Sequence record: NC_049389.1
Direction: 5' to 3' (one strand)
Source: Peduovirus P24E6b
DNA length: 31,128 nt
Shown: positions 18,504 to 26,733 of the stretch, one piece after another
How positions within the stretch are numbered: the stretch's first letter is position 1
How the letters are laid out: the number at the start of each line of letters is the position of its first letter
The notes under the pieces: generated by a model
What the model was told of the DNA's origin: nothing
The model's database searches: none
The model's input: the letters and a program-made list of their open reading frames with translations, nothing else
Position numbers and translations under genes: made by a program

Positions 18504-20943
18504 CAATGTAAAATTACAGGTATTGCTCAGGGCTGTTGACCAGGCATCCCGCCCGTTTAAATCCATCCGCACAGCGAGCAAGTCGCTGTCGGGGGATATC
18601 CGGGAAACACAAAAATCACTGCGCGAGCTGAACGGTCACGCATCCCGTATTGAGGGATTTCGCAAGACCAGCGCACAGCTCGCCGTGACTGGTCATGCAC
18701 TTGAAAAGGCACGGCAGGAGGCCGAAGCCCTTGCCACACAGTTTAAAAACACTGAACGTCCGACCCGTGCTCAGGCGAAAGTGCTGGAATCCGCAAAGCG
18801 TGCGGCGGAGGACTTACAGGCAAAATATAACCGCCTGACGGATTCCGTTAAACGCCAGCAGCGGGAACTGGCCGCTGTGGGAATTAATACCCGCAATCTT
18901 GCACATGATGAGCAGGGGCTGAAAAACCGTATCAGTGAAACCACCGCACAGCTTAACCGGCAGCGCGACGCGCTGGCGCGTGTCAGTGCGCAACAGGCAA
19001 AACTTAACGCAGTAAAACAGCGTTATCAGGCAGGAAAGGAGCTGGCCGGAAATATGGCCTCAGTGGGCGCTGCCGGTGTGGGGATTGCTGCTGCGGGAAC
19101 GATGGCCGGAGTTAAGTTGCTGATGCCCGGTTATGAGTTTGCGCAGAAAAACTCAGAATTACAGGCTGTGCTCGGTGTGGCAAAAGACTCCGCCGAAATG
19201 ACCGCACTACGCAAACAGGCGCGCCAGCTCGGCGACAATACCGCCGCCTCGGCGGATGATGCGGCCGGTGCACAGATAATCATCGCGAAAGCGGGTGGGG
19301 ATGTTGATGCCATTCAGGCGGCAACGCCGGTCACGCTGAATATGGCGCTGGCGAACCGTCGCACAATGGAAGAAAACGCCGCCCTGCTGATGGGGATGAA
19401 ATCCGCCTTTCAGCTTTCAAACGATAAGGTCGCTCATATCGGGGATGTTCTCTCCATGACGATGAACAAAACCGCCGCTGATTTTGACGGCATGAGCGAT
19501 GCGCTGACCTATGCCGCACCAGTGGCAAAAAATGCCGGTGTCAGCATTGAAGAAACCGCCGCAATGGTCGGGGCGCTGCATGATGCAAAAATTACCGGTT
19601 CAATGGCGGGGACGGGAAGCCGTGCCGTGTTAAGTCGCCTGCAGGCACCGACGGGAAAAGCATGGGATGCACTCAAAGAGCTTGGCGTGAAAACCTCAGA
19701 CAGTAAGGGGAATACCCGACCAGTATTTACCATTCTGAAAGAAATGCAGGCCAGTTTTGAGAAAAACCGGCTCGGTACTGCCCAGCAGGCTGAATACATG
19801 AAAACTATTTTCGGGGAGGAGGCCAGCTCAGCCGCCGCCGTGCTGATGACTGCCGCCTCAACCGGAAAGCTGGACAAACTGACCGCTGCGTTTAAAGCCT
19901 CAGACGGGAAGACCGCCGAGCTGGTAAATATCATGCAGGACAACCTCGGCGGTGACTTTAAGGAGTTTCAGTCCGCTTATGAGGCGGTGGGGACTGACCT
20001 GTTTGACCAGCAGGAAGGCGCACTGCGTAAGCTCACGCAGACGGCCACAAAGTATGTGTTAAAACTCGACGGCTGGATCCAGAAAAACAAATCACTGGCG
20101 TCAACCATTGGCCTCATTGCCGGTGGCGCGCTGGCGCTTACTGGCATCATCGGTGCCATTGGTCTTGTAGCCTGGCCGGTTATCACCGGCATCAATGCCA
20201 TCATCGCGGCAGCAGGCGCAATGGGGGCAATCTTCACGACGGTTGGTAGTGCCGTTATGACGGCCATCGGGGCGATTAGCTGGCCGGTTGTGGCCGTGGT
20301 GGCCGCCATTGTCGCCGGGGCGTTGCTTATCCGTAAATACTGGGAGCCTGTCAGCGCATTCTTTGGCGGTGTGGTGAAAGGGCTGAAAGCGGCATTTGCG
20401 CCGGTGGGGGAGCTGTTCACGCCACTGAAACCGGTGTTTGACTGGCTGGGCGAAAAGTTACAGGCCGCGTGGCAGTGGTTTAAAAACCTGATTGCCCCCG
20501 TCAAAGCCACCCAGGACACCCTGAACCGTTGTCGTGACACGGGTGTCATGTTCGGGCAGGCACTGGCTGACGCGCTGATGCTGCCGCTTAATGCGTTCAA
20601 CAAACTGCGCGGCGGTATTGACTGGGTACTGGAAAAACTTGGCGTCATCAACAAAGAGTCAGGCACGCTTGACCAGACCGCCGCCAGAACTCATGCCGCC
20701 ACGTATGGCACCGGTGGTTATATTCCGGCGGCCAGCTCTTATGCAGGTTATCAGGCTTATCAGCCGGTCACGGCACCGGCTGGCCGCTCTTATGTGGACC
20801 AGAGTAAAAACGAATATCACATCAACCTGACGGGCGGTACTGCGCCGGGGACACAGCTTGACCGCCAGTTACAGGATGCACTCGAAAAATACGAGCGGGA
20901 TAAACGTGCGCGCGCCCGTGCCAGCATGATGCATGACGGTTAA
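18496..20943 (+). CDS. T: tail tape measure protein, P2 gpT-like
   Basis: 815-aa ORF with coiled-coil-like N-terminus and Ala/Gly-rich hydrophobic stretches; length and position match P2 T. Confidence 0.85.
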   Translation: MSNNVKLQVLLRAVDQASRPFKSIRTASKSLSGDIRETQKSLRELNGHASRIEGFRKTSAQLAVTGHALEKARQEAEALATQFKNTERPTRAQAKVLESAKRAAEDLQAKYNRLTDSVKRQQRELAAVGINTRNLAHDEQGLKNRISETTAQLNRQRDALARVSAQQAKLNAVKQRYQAGKELAGNMASVGAAGVGIAAAGTMAGVKLLMPGYEFAQKNSELQAVLGVAKDSAEMTALRKQARQLGDNTAASADDAAGAQIIIAKAGGDVDAIQAATPVTLNMALANRRTMEENAALLMGMKSAFQLSNDKVAHIGDVLSMTMNKTAADFDGMSDALTYAAPVAKNAGVSIEETAAMVGALHDAKITGSMAGTGSRAVLSRLQAPTGKAWDALKELGVKTSDSKGNTRPVFTILKEMQASFEKNRLGTAQQAEYMKTIFGEEASSAAAVLMTAASTGKLDKLTAAFKASDGKTAELVNIMQDNLGGDFKEFQSAYEAVGTDLFDQQEGALRKLTQTATKYVLKLDGWIQKNKSLASTIGLIAGGALALTGIIGAIGLVAWPVITGINAIIAAAGAMGAIFTTVGSAVMTAIGAISWPVVAVVAAIVAGALLIRKYWEPVSAFFGGVVKGLKAAFAPVGELFTPLKPVFDWLGEKLQAAWQWFKNLIAPVKATQDTLNRCRDTGVMFGQALADALMLPLNAFNKLRGGIDWVLEKLGVINKESGTLDQTAARTHAATYGTGGYIPAASSYAGYQAYQPVTAPAGRSYVDQSKNEYHINLTGGTAPGTQLDRQLQDALEKYERDKRARARASMMHDG

Positions 20944-20957
20944 GGAGGTGACGAAAA

Positions 20958-21437
20958 ATGATGCTCGCGTTAGGTATGTTTGTTTTTATGCGCCAGACGC
21001 TGCCACACCAGACCATGCAGCGTGAATCAGATTATCGCTGGCCGTCAAATTCCCGTATCGGCAAACGGGATGCCTTTCAGTTTCTCGGTGTGGGTGAGGA
21101 AAACATGACGCTTGCCGGTGTGCTTTATCCCGAACTGACCGGCGGAAAGCTGACGATGACCACGCTCAGGCTGATGGCAGAGGAAGGCCGGGCGTGGCCG
21201 TTGCTGGATGGCACCGGCATGATTTACGGCATGTATGTCATCAGCAAGGTGAGTGAAACAGGGAGTATTTTCTTTGCAGACGGCACACCCCGGAAAATTG
21301 ATTTTACGCTGTCGCTCACCCGCGTTGATGAATCACTGGCCGCGCTTTATGGCGATATCGGTAAACAGGCGGAATCGCTCATCGGTAAGGCTGGCAGTAT
21401 GGCGACTAAATTCACGGGTATGACGGGGGCGGGATAA
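20958..21437 (+). CDS. U: tail protein, P2 gpU-like
   Basis: 159-aa ORF after the tape measure gene; length matches P2 U. Confidence 0.8.
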   Translation: MMLALGMFVFMRQTLPHQTMQRESDYRWPSNSRIGKRDAFQFLGVGEENMTLAGVLYPELTGGKLTMTTLRLMAEEGRAWPLLDGTGMIYGMYVISKVSETGSIFFADGTPRKIDFTLSLTRVDESLAALYGDIGKQAESLIGKAGSMATKFTGMTGAG

Positions 21438-22600
21438 TGCTGGATGCACTGACATTTGATGCAGGCAGTACGCTGACGCCGGATTACATGCTGATACTCG
21501 ACAGCAGGGATATTACCGGCAATATCAGCGACCGTCTGATGAGCATGACCCTGACGGATAACTGGGGCTTTGAGGCTGACCAGCTTGATATTGAACTGAA
21601 CGATGCCGACGGGCAGGTCGGGCTGCCGGTTCGTGGCGCTGTCCTGACGGTGTATATCGGCTGGAAAGGTTTTGCCCTGGTATGCAAAGGGAAATTTACC
21701 GTTGATGAGGTTGAACACCGGGGCGCGCCGGATGTGGTCACCATCCGCGCCCGGAGTGCAGATTTTCGCGGGACGCTCAATTCCCGCCGGGAAGGCTCCT
21801 GGCATGACACCACGCTCGGTGCGATTGTTGAGGCAATAGCCTACCGTAACAGGCTGGAAGCCAGTGTCGCGCCGTCACTGGCCGGAATTAAAATCCCGCA
21901 CATCGACCAGTCGCAGGAGTCTGATGCGAAATTCCTGACCCGTCTTGCAGAACGCAACGGCGGAGAGGTGTCGGTAAAAATGGGAAAACTGTTGTTTCTC
22001 AAAGCGGGGCAGGGGGTGACGGCCAGCGGTAAAACAATCCCGCAGATTACCATCACCCGCAGTGACGGCGACCGCCATCATTTTGCGATTGCTGACCGTG
22101 GAGCCTATACCGGCGTAACAGCAAAGTGGTTACACACCAAAGACCCGAAACCGCAAAAGCAGAAGGTAAAACTGAAACGCAAAAAGAAAGAAAAACACCT
22201 GCGCGCACTGGAGCACCCGAAAGCGAAACCGGTCAGGCAGAAGAAAGCGCCAAAAGTACCGGAAGCGCGCGAAGGTGAATACATGGCCGGTGAGGCTGAC
22301 AACGTTTTTGCCCTGACCACGGTATATGCCACGAAAGCGCAGGCCATGCGCGCCGCTCAGGCGAAGTGGGACAAACTGCAACGGGGTGTGGCGGAGTTCT
22401 CCATCAGCCTGGCTACCGGTCGGGCAGATATTTACACGGAAACGCCGGTCAAAGTGTCAGGCTTTAAGCGCGTCATAGACGAGCAGGACTGGACCATCAC
22501 TAAGGTGACACATTTTCTGAATAATAGCGGCTTCACGACGTCCTTAGAGCTTGAGGTCAGGCTTTCTGATGTGGAGTACGAAACAGAAGATGATGAATGA
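21437..22600 (+). CDS. D: tail/late control protein, P2 gpD-like
   Basis: 387-aa ORF overlapping the U stop; contains a lysine-rich segment (PKPQKQKVKLKRKKKEKH); length matches P2 D. Confidence 0.8.
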   Translation: MLDALTFDAGSTLTPDYMLILDSRDITGNISDRLMSMTLTDNWGFEADQLDIELNDADGQVGLPVRGAVLTVYIGWKGFALVCKGKFTVDEVEHRGAPDVVTIRARSADFRGTLNSRREGSWHDTTLGAIVEAIAYRNRLEASVAPSLAGIKIPHIDQSQESDAKFLTRLAERNGGEVSVKMGKLLFLKAGQGVTASGKTIPQITITRSDGDRHHFAIADRGAYTGVTAKWLHTKDPKPQKQKVKLKRKKKEKHLRALEHPKAKPVRQKKAPKVPEAREGEYMAGEADNVFALTTVYATKAQAMRAAQAKWDKLQRGVAEFSISLATGRADIYTETPVKVSGFKRVIDEQDWTITKVTHFLNNSGFTTSLELEVRLSDVEYETEDDE

Positions 22601-22681
22601 TGTTTTTATTTTATCTGTTTGTTTTATAAGGATAAATTAACTAAAATGGCACCATCAACAAAACCGGAAGAGGTGCTCGCG

Positions 22682-22900
22682 ATGTTTCATTGTCCTTTAT
22701 GCCAGCATGCCGCACATGCGCGTACAAGCCGCTATATCACTGACACGACAAAAGAGCGTTATCACCAGTGTCAGAACGTGAATTGCAGTGCCACGTTCAT
22801 CACTTATGAGTCGGTACAGCGATACATCGTGAAGCCGGGAGAAGTCCACGCCGTAAGGCCGCACCCGTTGCCATCAGGGCAGCAAATTATGTGGATGTAA
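22682..22900 (+). CDS. ogr: late gene transcriptional activator, Ogr-like zinc-finger protein
   Basis: 72-aa product MFHCPLCQHAAHARTSRYITDTTKERYHQCQNVNCSATF... with a CxxC-N22-CxxxxC zinc-binding arrangement; matches P2 Ogr as I recall it, and sits between D and the att/int region. Confidence 0.85.
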   Translation: MFHCPLCQHAAHARTSRYITDTTKERYHQCQNVNCSATFITYESVQRYIVKPGEVHAVRPHPLPSGQQIMWM

Positions 22901-22910
22901 TTACAAACAG

Positions 22911-22937
22911 AAAGCCCCTCAGTCGAGGGGCTTTTTT
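22911..22937 (+). terminator. rho-independent terminator after ogr
   Basis: AAAGCCCCTC-agtc-GAGGGGCTTT perfect 10-bp stem followed by TTTTTT. Confidence 0.8.
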
Positions 22938-23115
22938 GTCGATGTGGTCAATGTGTGGACGTAACCAGAAATAAATCCTTTTATTTCACGTGATTAGATA
23001 TCAAAAAATGTCACCAATAACTGACTTGGTAGCCCCCGCCGTAGCGGTATTTTCTGTTGTATTACAATTAGTTAAATTACTCATATCGCTTCAATTGGCT
23101 CTAGTTAACTCTGGT
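22938..23115. other. attP: putative attP region (between ogr terminator and integrase 3' end)
   Basis: Positional inference only: in P2 attP lies between ogr and int. AT-rich, with short repeats (tagttaa twice) and A-tracts; the core cannot be defined without the host attB. Confidence 0.35.
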
Positions 23116-24111
23116 TTATGGACGCATTATGGACATTCCTGACACCGGGTTAAGAGTCACAGCATCTTGTAAGAAATCCGGTGCAAAGTGTGCGTAGGTC
23201 ATAGTTTGCTGAATGTTAGAATGACCCAGGATGCGCTGCAATGTGATTATGTTACCTCCATTCATTATAAAATGTGTGGCAAATGTATGCCTCAAAACAT
23301 GTACTGCTTGTCCGTCAGGTAAATCGGGTTTTACTTCCCTGAGAGCGTTACGCACTTTGTAGTAACTGGCATTAAAAAGCCTGCCTGAATTTTTGGTCTT
23401 GATCCGTTTAATCAGGTCCTGCGAAACGGGAATTGTCCTGCGTTTTCCGTTTTTAGTTTTCATAAACGTAACCATCTGGTTAATGATGTGTTCAGCTTTT
23501 AAATTAGACACTTCACTCCAGCGTCCACCAGTAGAAAGGCAGACCAGAGTTGCATTTAATTCATCACCATCAAGCATGGATAACAGCCGCGTAATCTCTT
23601 CACTGGACAAAAAAGCCATTTCCGTAACAGCTTCACGTAACCGTTTAATCTCACGGAACGGGTTGTGGGAGTGGTATTCACCGGCGTCAATTAACTTGGT
23701 GAACATCCCGCTCATTATTGCCAGATGTCGATTTACGCTGGCTGGTTTTAGACCATCGTTCATCATTACAACGCGATAATCAGTTATCGTTTTCTTTGTT
23801 AGCTGGTCAGCTCTGGACACTCCCATTTCTGCAAATTTGGCGATTATTGTCGTTAAACGCCCCCGTTCAATATCTCCACGCTCATGTGATTTTCCGTGAT
23901 ATATCCACCATCTACCTAACAACTCTGTAAGAGTTCGGCGGTCGGCTGGTTTCTCCAACCACTCTTTGTTGTGGTAGTTAACCAATACATGACGTTCGAA
24001 TGCCTGAGCTTCACCTTTAGTTTTAAATTTCCGCCTGATACGTTTTCCATCTGCACCCTGCGGTCTGACGTCCACTTCATAACGACCATCATCGAGCTTT
24101 TTAATAGACAT
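23116..24111 (-). CDS. int: tyrosine integrase (site-specific recombinase), P2 Int-like
   Basis: 331-aa ORF with C-terminal tyrosine-recombinase signature (HVLRHTFATHFIMNGGNIITLQRILGHSNIQQTMTYAHF: conserved R, H-x-x-R, H, Y); adjacent to the immunity repressor as in P2. Confidence 0.85.
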   Translation of the reverse strand: MSIKKLDDGRYEVDVRPQGADGKRIRRKFKTKGEAQAFERHVLVNYHNKEWLEKPADRRTLTELLGRWWIYHGKSHERGDIERGRLTTIIAKFAEMGVSRADQLTKKTITDYRVVMMNDGLKPASVNRHLAIMSGMFTKLIDAGEYHSHNPFREIKRLREAVTEMAFLSSEEITRLLSMLDGDELNATLVCLSTGGRWSEVSNLKAEHIINQMVTFMKTKNGKRRTIPVSQDLIKRIKTKNSGRLFNASYYKVRNALREVKPDLPDGQAVHVLRHTFATHFIMNGGNIITLQRILGHSNIQQTMTYAHFAPDFLQDAVTLNPVSGMSIMRP

Positions 24112-24204
24112 AAAGCCCTCCGATGACGCTGTTTACTTCTACTACTTGAAAATTAATGCAATTTTCTTTCGTACATTTACTACACACATATGCTGAATAA
24201 ATCG

Positions 24205-24501
24205 TCAGCCAGTCTTCTGGTCTGAGTGGTGCAAGGTTGTTGAGTCTTGCCCAATGTGTGCGAGAGCCGGGGCTATTTGTCCAGCTGCTGGATCTGTTTC
24301 ATCAAACATGAACCAGTCACGATACTTGCGAAAGCGTGGATGCTTAAACAGCTTCATACCTGCTTCCATAGGCATTTTTGATTTTCCTGATTCATATCCA
24401 TGATATGTGTAGTAATTAATTCCAATTAATTCAGCAAGTTCCTTAGTTTTAAGGCGTTCGGATTCACGGATGAGCTTTAGTTTCTCACTTTGTTCACTTG
24501 A
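24205..24501 (-). CDS. C: immunity repressor, P2 C-like
   Basis: ORF extends to 24522, but the second ATG (MSSEQSEKLKL...) gives 99 aa. The C-terminus ...GQIAPALAHIGQDSTTLHHSDQKTG resembles the P2 C C-terminus as I recall; divergent from cox. Confidence 0.75.
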   Translation of the reverse strand, partial: SSEQSEKLKLIRESERLKTKELAELIGINYYTYHGYESGKSKMPMEAGMKLFKHPRFRKYRDWFMFDETDPAAGQIAPALAHIGQDSTTLHHSDQKTG

Positions 24502-24597
24502 CATAATTTTGCTAATCTCCAATTATATTGCTACTTGGCAATTTGTGATTCACTCAAAAAGGCTCTAGATGGCTCCAGTTGGTGAATCGCAAATCTT
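24502..24597. promoter_or_regulatory. C/cox divergent promoter-operator (immunity switch) region
   Basis: 96-bp gap between divergent repressor and cox-like genes. Contains a 13-bp imperfect inverted repeat (atttgtgattcac at 24541-24553, gtgaatcgcaaat at 24582-24594) flanking direct GGCTC-N5-GGCTC repeats. Confidence 0.5.
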
Positions 24598-24969
24598 ATG
24601 GAGGATAGCAAAGTGACGACAAATGTAGAAATTTCTTGTCCAACTAGCGATGAGGCAAGTTTCGAAAATGAAGCCAAACGTAAAAGCATTCAGATTTCAG
24701 AGCGCCCATCTGATTTGCTGTCGAAAGAAGGTTTTGCTCTTTACATCGGTAAGACACCACGCGCGGTGGCTGAAATGGCTAAAGCAGGAAAGCTGCCAGC
24801 CTTCTACATGACAGACCCATTAAAACCAAGAGGGAAAGCTGAATTATGGATTAATCGCCGTGAGTGGGACAAGTACGCAGCCCAACTGGTTGATGAAGCT
24901 CCGACAGAATGGCATGACTGGAAAAATCGCATTAGTTACAGCAAATCAAGACATGGCCGTGCGGCTTAA
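24598..24969 (+). CDS. cox: Cox-like excisionase/early repressor
   Basis: First gene of the rightward early operon, divergent from C. 123 aa as drawn (a GTG at 24613 with GGAGGA upstream is an alternative start); longer than the 91-aa P2 Cox I recall. Confidence 0.55.
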   Translation: MEDSKVTTNVEISCPTSDEASFENEAKRKSIQISERPSDLLSKEGFALYIGKTPRAVAEMAKAGKLPAFYMTDPLKPRGKAELWINRREWDKYAAQLVDEAPTEWHDWKNRISYSKSRHGRAA

Positions 24970-24979
24970 GGTGGAAAGG

Positions 24980-25150
24980 ATGAACGAGCCTCGTTGTATT
25001 GCTCAGTTATTGCGTAACGAAAGCCCCAGGGCGATTGACTTCACCATCACCCACGGTAAGGGGCGTAAGGGAATCATTATCCGCACCAAAAAACAGAGTC
25101 CGTTAAAAAAGGCTCTGACCTTTCTGAAAAGCCGGAGGGTATGGAAATGA
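24980..25150 (+). CDS. small basic hypothetical protein (P2 orf78 position)
   Basis: ATG at 24980 preceded by AAGGTGGAAAGG gives 56 aa (MNEPRCIAQLL...KGRKGIIIRTKK...); the ORF-track version from 24860 overlaps cox and is probably over-extended. Confidence 0.35.
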   Translation: MNEPRCIAQLLRNESPRAIDFTITHGKGRKGIIIRTKKQSPLKKALTFLKSRRVWK

Positions 25151-25647
25151 CAGTGATGACGCTCAATCTCGTTGAAAAACAGCCAGCAGCTATGCGCCGG
25201 ATAATTGGCAAGCATCTTGCCGTCCCTCGCTGGCAGGATACATGTGATTATTATAATCAGATGATGGAGCGCGAACGGCTAACGGTTTGCTTTCATGCAC
25301 AGTTAAAACAGCGTCACGCAACGATGCGTTTTGAAGAAATGAACGACGTCGAACGTGAACGACTGGTATGTGCAATTGATGAATTGCGTGGGGCATTCTC
25401 AAAACGCCGTCAGGTCGGTGCAAGTGAGTATGCATATATTAGCTTTTTAACTGTCAGTCAGCGCCGTACTTTATTTATGCATGCCGGATTGACTGAAAAA
25501 GAATTCAACCAGCCATACTGGCGAATTAATGAAGAGTCATGTTACTGGCGTGATGCTTTATTCCGTGCATTACGTGAATTATTCAGTCTGTTTGAGTATG
25601 CACCGACAATTCTGACGTCGGTAAAACCAGAGCAATATCTGCATTAA
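25141..25647 (+). CDS. B: replication protein B-like
   Basis: 168-aa ORF in the early operon between cox and A; position and size match P2 gene B (166 aa as I recall). Confidence 0.6.
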   Translation: MEMTVMTLNLVEKQPAAMRRIIGKHLAVPRWQDTCDYYNQMMERERLTVCFHAQLKQRHATMRFEEMNDVERERLVCAIDELRGAFSKRRQVGASEYAYISFLTVSQRRTLFMHAGLTEKEFNQPYWRINEESCYWRDALFRALRELFSLFEYAPTILTSVKPEQYLH

Positions 25648-25710
25648 GTAATTAACCAGAGTTTTTAACGCACTTAATTGTGCGGGGCTTCTTTTTGCCT
25701 GGAGAAAGTC

Positions 25711-25935
25711 ATGCATACAGTTTCTGAAAATGAGTGCGGTAAATACGCATTACTGCTGCAACAGGCCAGAACCGAAGCACAGGCCGATGCAGCGACGCGC
25801 TTTTCTTCTCATCTTGACGCCATGATTCGCCACATCACAAAGGCGGAGTTATCCCGCGTGGAGATAGTCGAGCTGCTCAGTCAGGAGTCGGAAAAATTTC
25901 ACAACATCGGATTGTCTCGCGGGGAGGTGCTTTGA
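25711..25935 (+). CDS. hypothetical early protein (P2 orf80 position)
   Basis: ATG at 25711 with GGAG upstream gives 74 aa; in the small-ORF cluster between B and A. Confidence 0.5.
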   Translation: MHTVSENECGKYALLLQQARTEAQADAATRFSSHLDAMIRHITKAELSRVEIVELLSQESEKFHNIGLSRGEVL

Positions 25936-26234
25936 TGTCCTGTTCTCGTTCAGTTGTTTTACTGAACAATGCCTTAAAAATCGCCGTTATGAAAAATGGC
26001 GATTTGTCTCTTATTCAACTTGGTCTTGATAAAGAAAAACGCGAAATAACTGAATCTGTTATCGCGATTTATCAGAGTGAATTAAACCTCCTGTCTGATG
26101 TGGTCAATTTACTTGTTAAACGCGCTGTATTTCACAAGCAAATTTCCTCAGTGGATGAACTGACAAAATTAACGACAGAACTTGCCAGTTATTGCGCTGA
26201 TGTATCCAGGAAACTTAACGATAAAAGGAGCTGA
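25932..26234 (+). CDS. hypothetical early protein (P2 orf81 position)
   Basis: 100-aa ORF, start overlapping the previous stop (translational coupling). Confidence 0.5.
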   Translation: MMSCSRSVVLLNNALKIAVMKNGDLSLIQLGLDKEKREITESVIAIYQSELNLLSDVVNLLVKRAVFHKQISSVDELTKLTTELASYCADVSRKLNDKRS

Positions 26235-26236
26235 TA

Positions 26237-26461
26237 ATGCCGGACAACGTAGATTTTATTCAGGAACAACAGGCTGAATTACTGGAGCGCCAGATTAACG
26301 CGGCAAGGGTAAAACATTGCGGTGTTTCTGCGCTGGTTTGCGAAGAGTGTGACGCACCAATACCTGCTGCCCGTCGTGCGGCTTATCCGTCAGCCACGCG
26401 TTGTGTTTCCTGTCAGTCAGTCTTTGAAGCAAAAAACAAACATTACCGGAGAACGGCATGA
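26237..26461 (+). CDS. DksA/TraR-type C4 zinc-finger protein (P2 orf82 position)
   Basis: 74 aa with CEECDAPIP...17 aa...CVSCQS, a CxxC-N17-CxxC arrangement typical of the TraR/DksA zinc-finger family. Confidence 0.6.
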   Translation: MPDNVDFIQEQQAELLERQINAARVKHCGVSALVCEECDAPIPAARRAAYPSATRCVSCQSVFEAKNKHYRRTA

Positions 26462-26733
26462 GTATTCGTATTGAAATTGGCGAACGTTATGTCGTTACCA
26501 GTGACAGCTTTCAGTTTATTCTCCACGAGAAAAAGAGAGCGGAAAGCGGTAAAAACGCCGGTCAGGAATGGCTGGCGGTGGTTGGTTATTACCCGAAATT
26601 AAGCCAGCTCGTTTCCGGCCTGATGCATCACGATATTCTGACCGGAAGCGCAAAATCTTTTGCTGATTTAAACGCGCAGGTTGAGCAACTCAGCAAGCGT
26701 TGTTCAGAGGCTTTTGGCTCATATGGCCGTTAA
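26458..26733 (+). CDS. hypothetical early protein (P2 orf83 position)
   Basis: 91-aa ORF overlapping the previous stop and the start of A. Confidence 0.5.
   Translation: MSIRIEIGERYVVTSDSFQFILHEKKRAESGKNAGQEWLAVVGYYPKLSQLVSGLMHHDILTGSAKSFADLNAQVEQLSKRCSEAFGSYGR

Noticed and set aside
19977-20666. 229-aa minus-strand ORF inside the tape measure gene
   Set aside because: Antisense to gene T; Ala/Ser/Pro-rich low-complexity translation typical of an antisense frame in GC-rich coding DNA.
24860-25150. 96-aa ORF-track call overlapping the 3' end of cox
   Set aside because: The long version overlaps cox out of frame; trimmed to an internal start at 24980 with a good Shine-Dalgarno, and even that call is low confidence.
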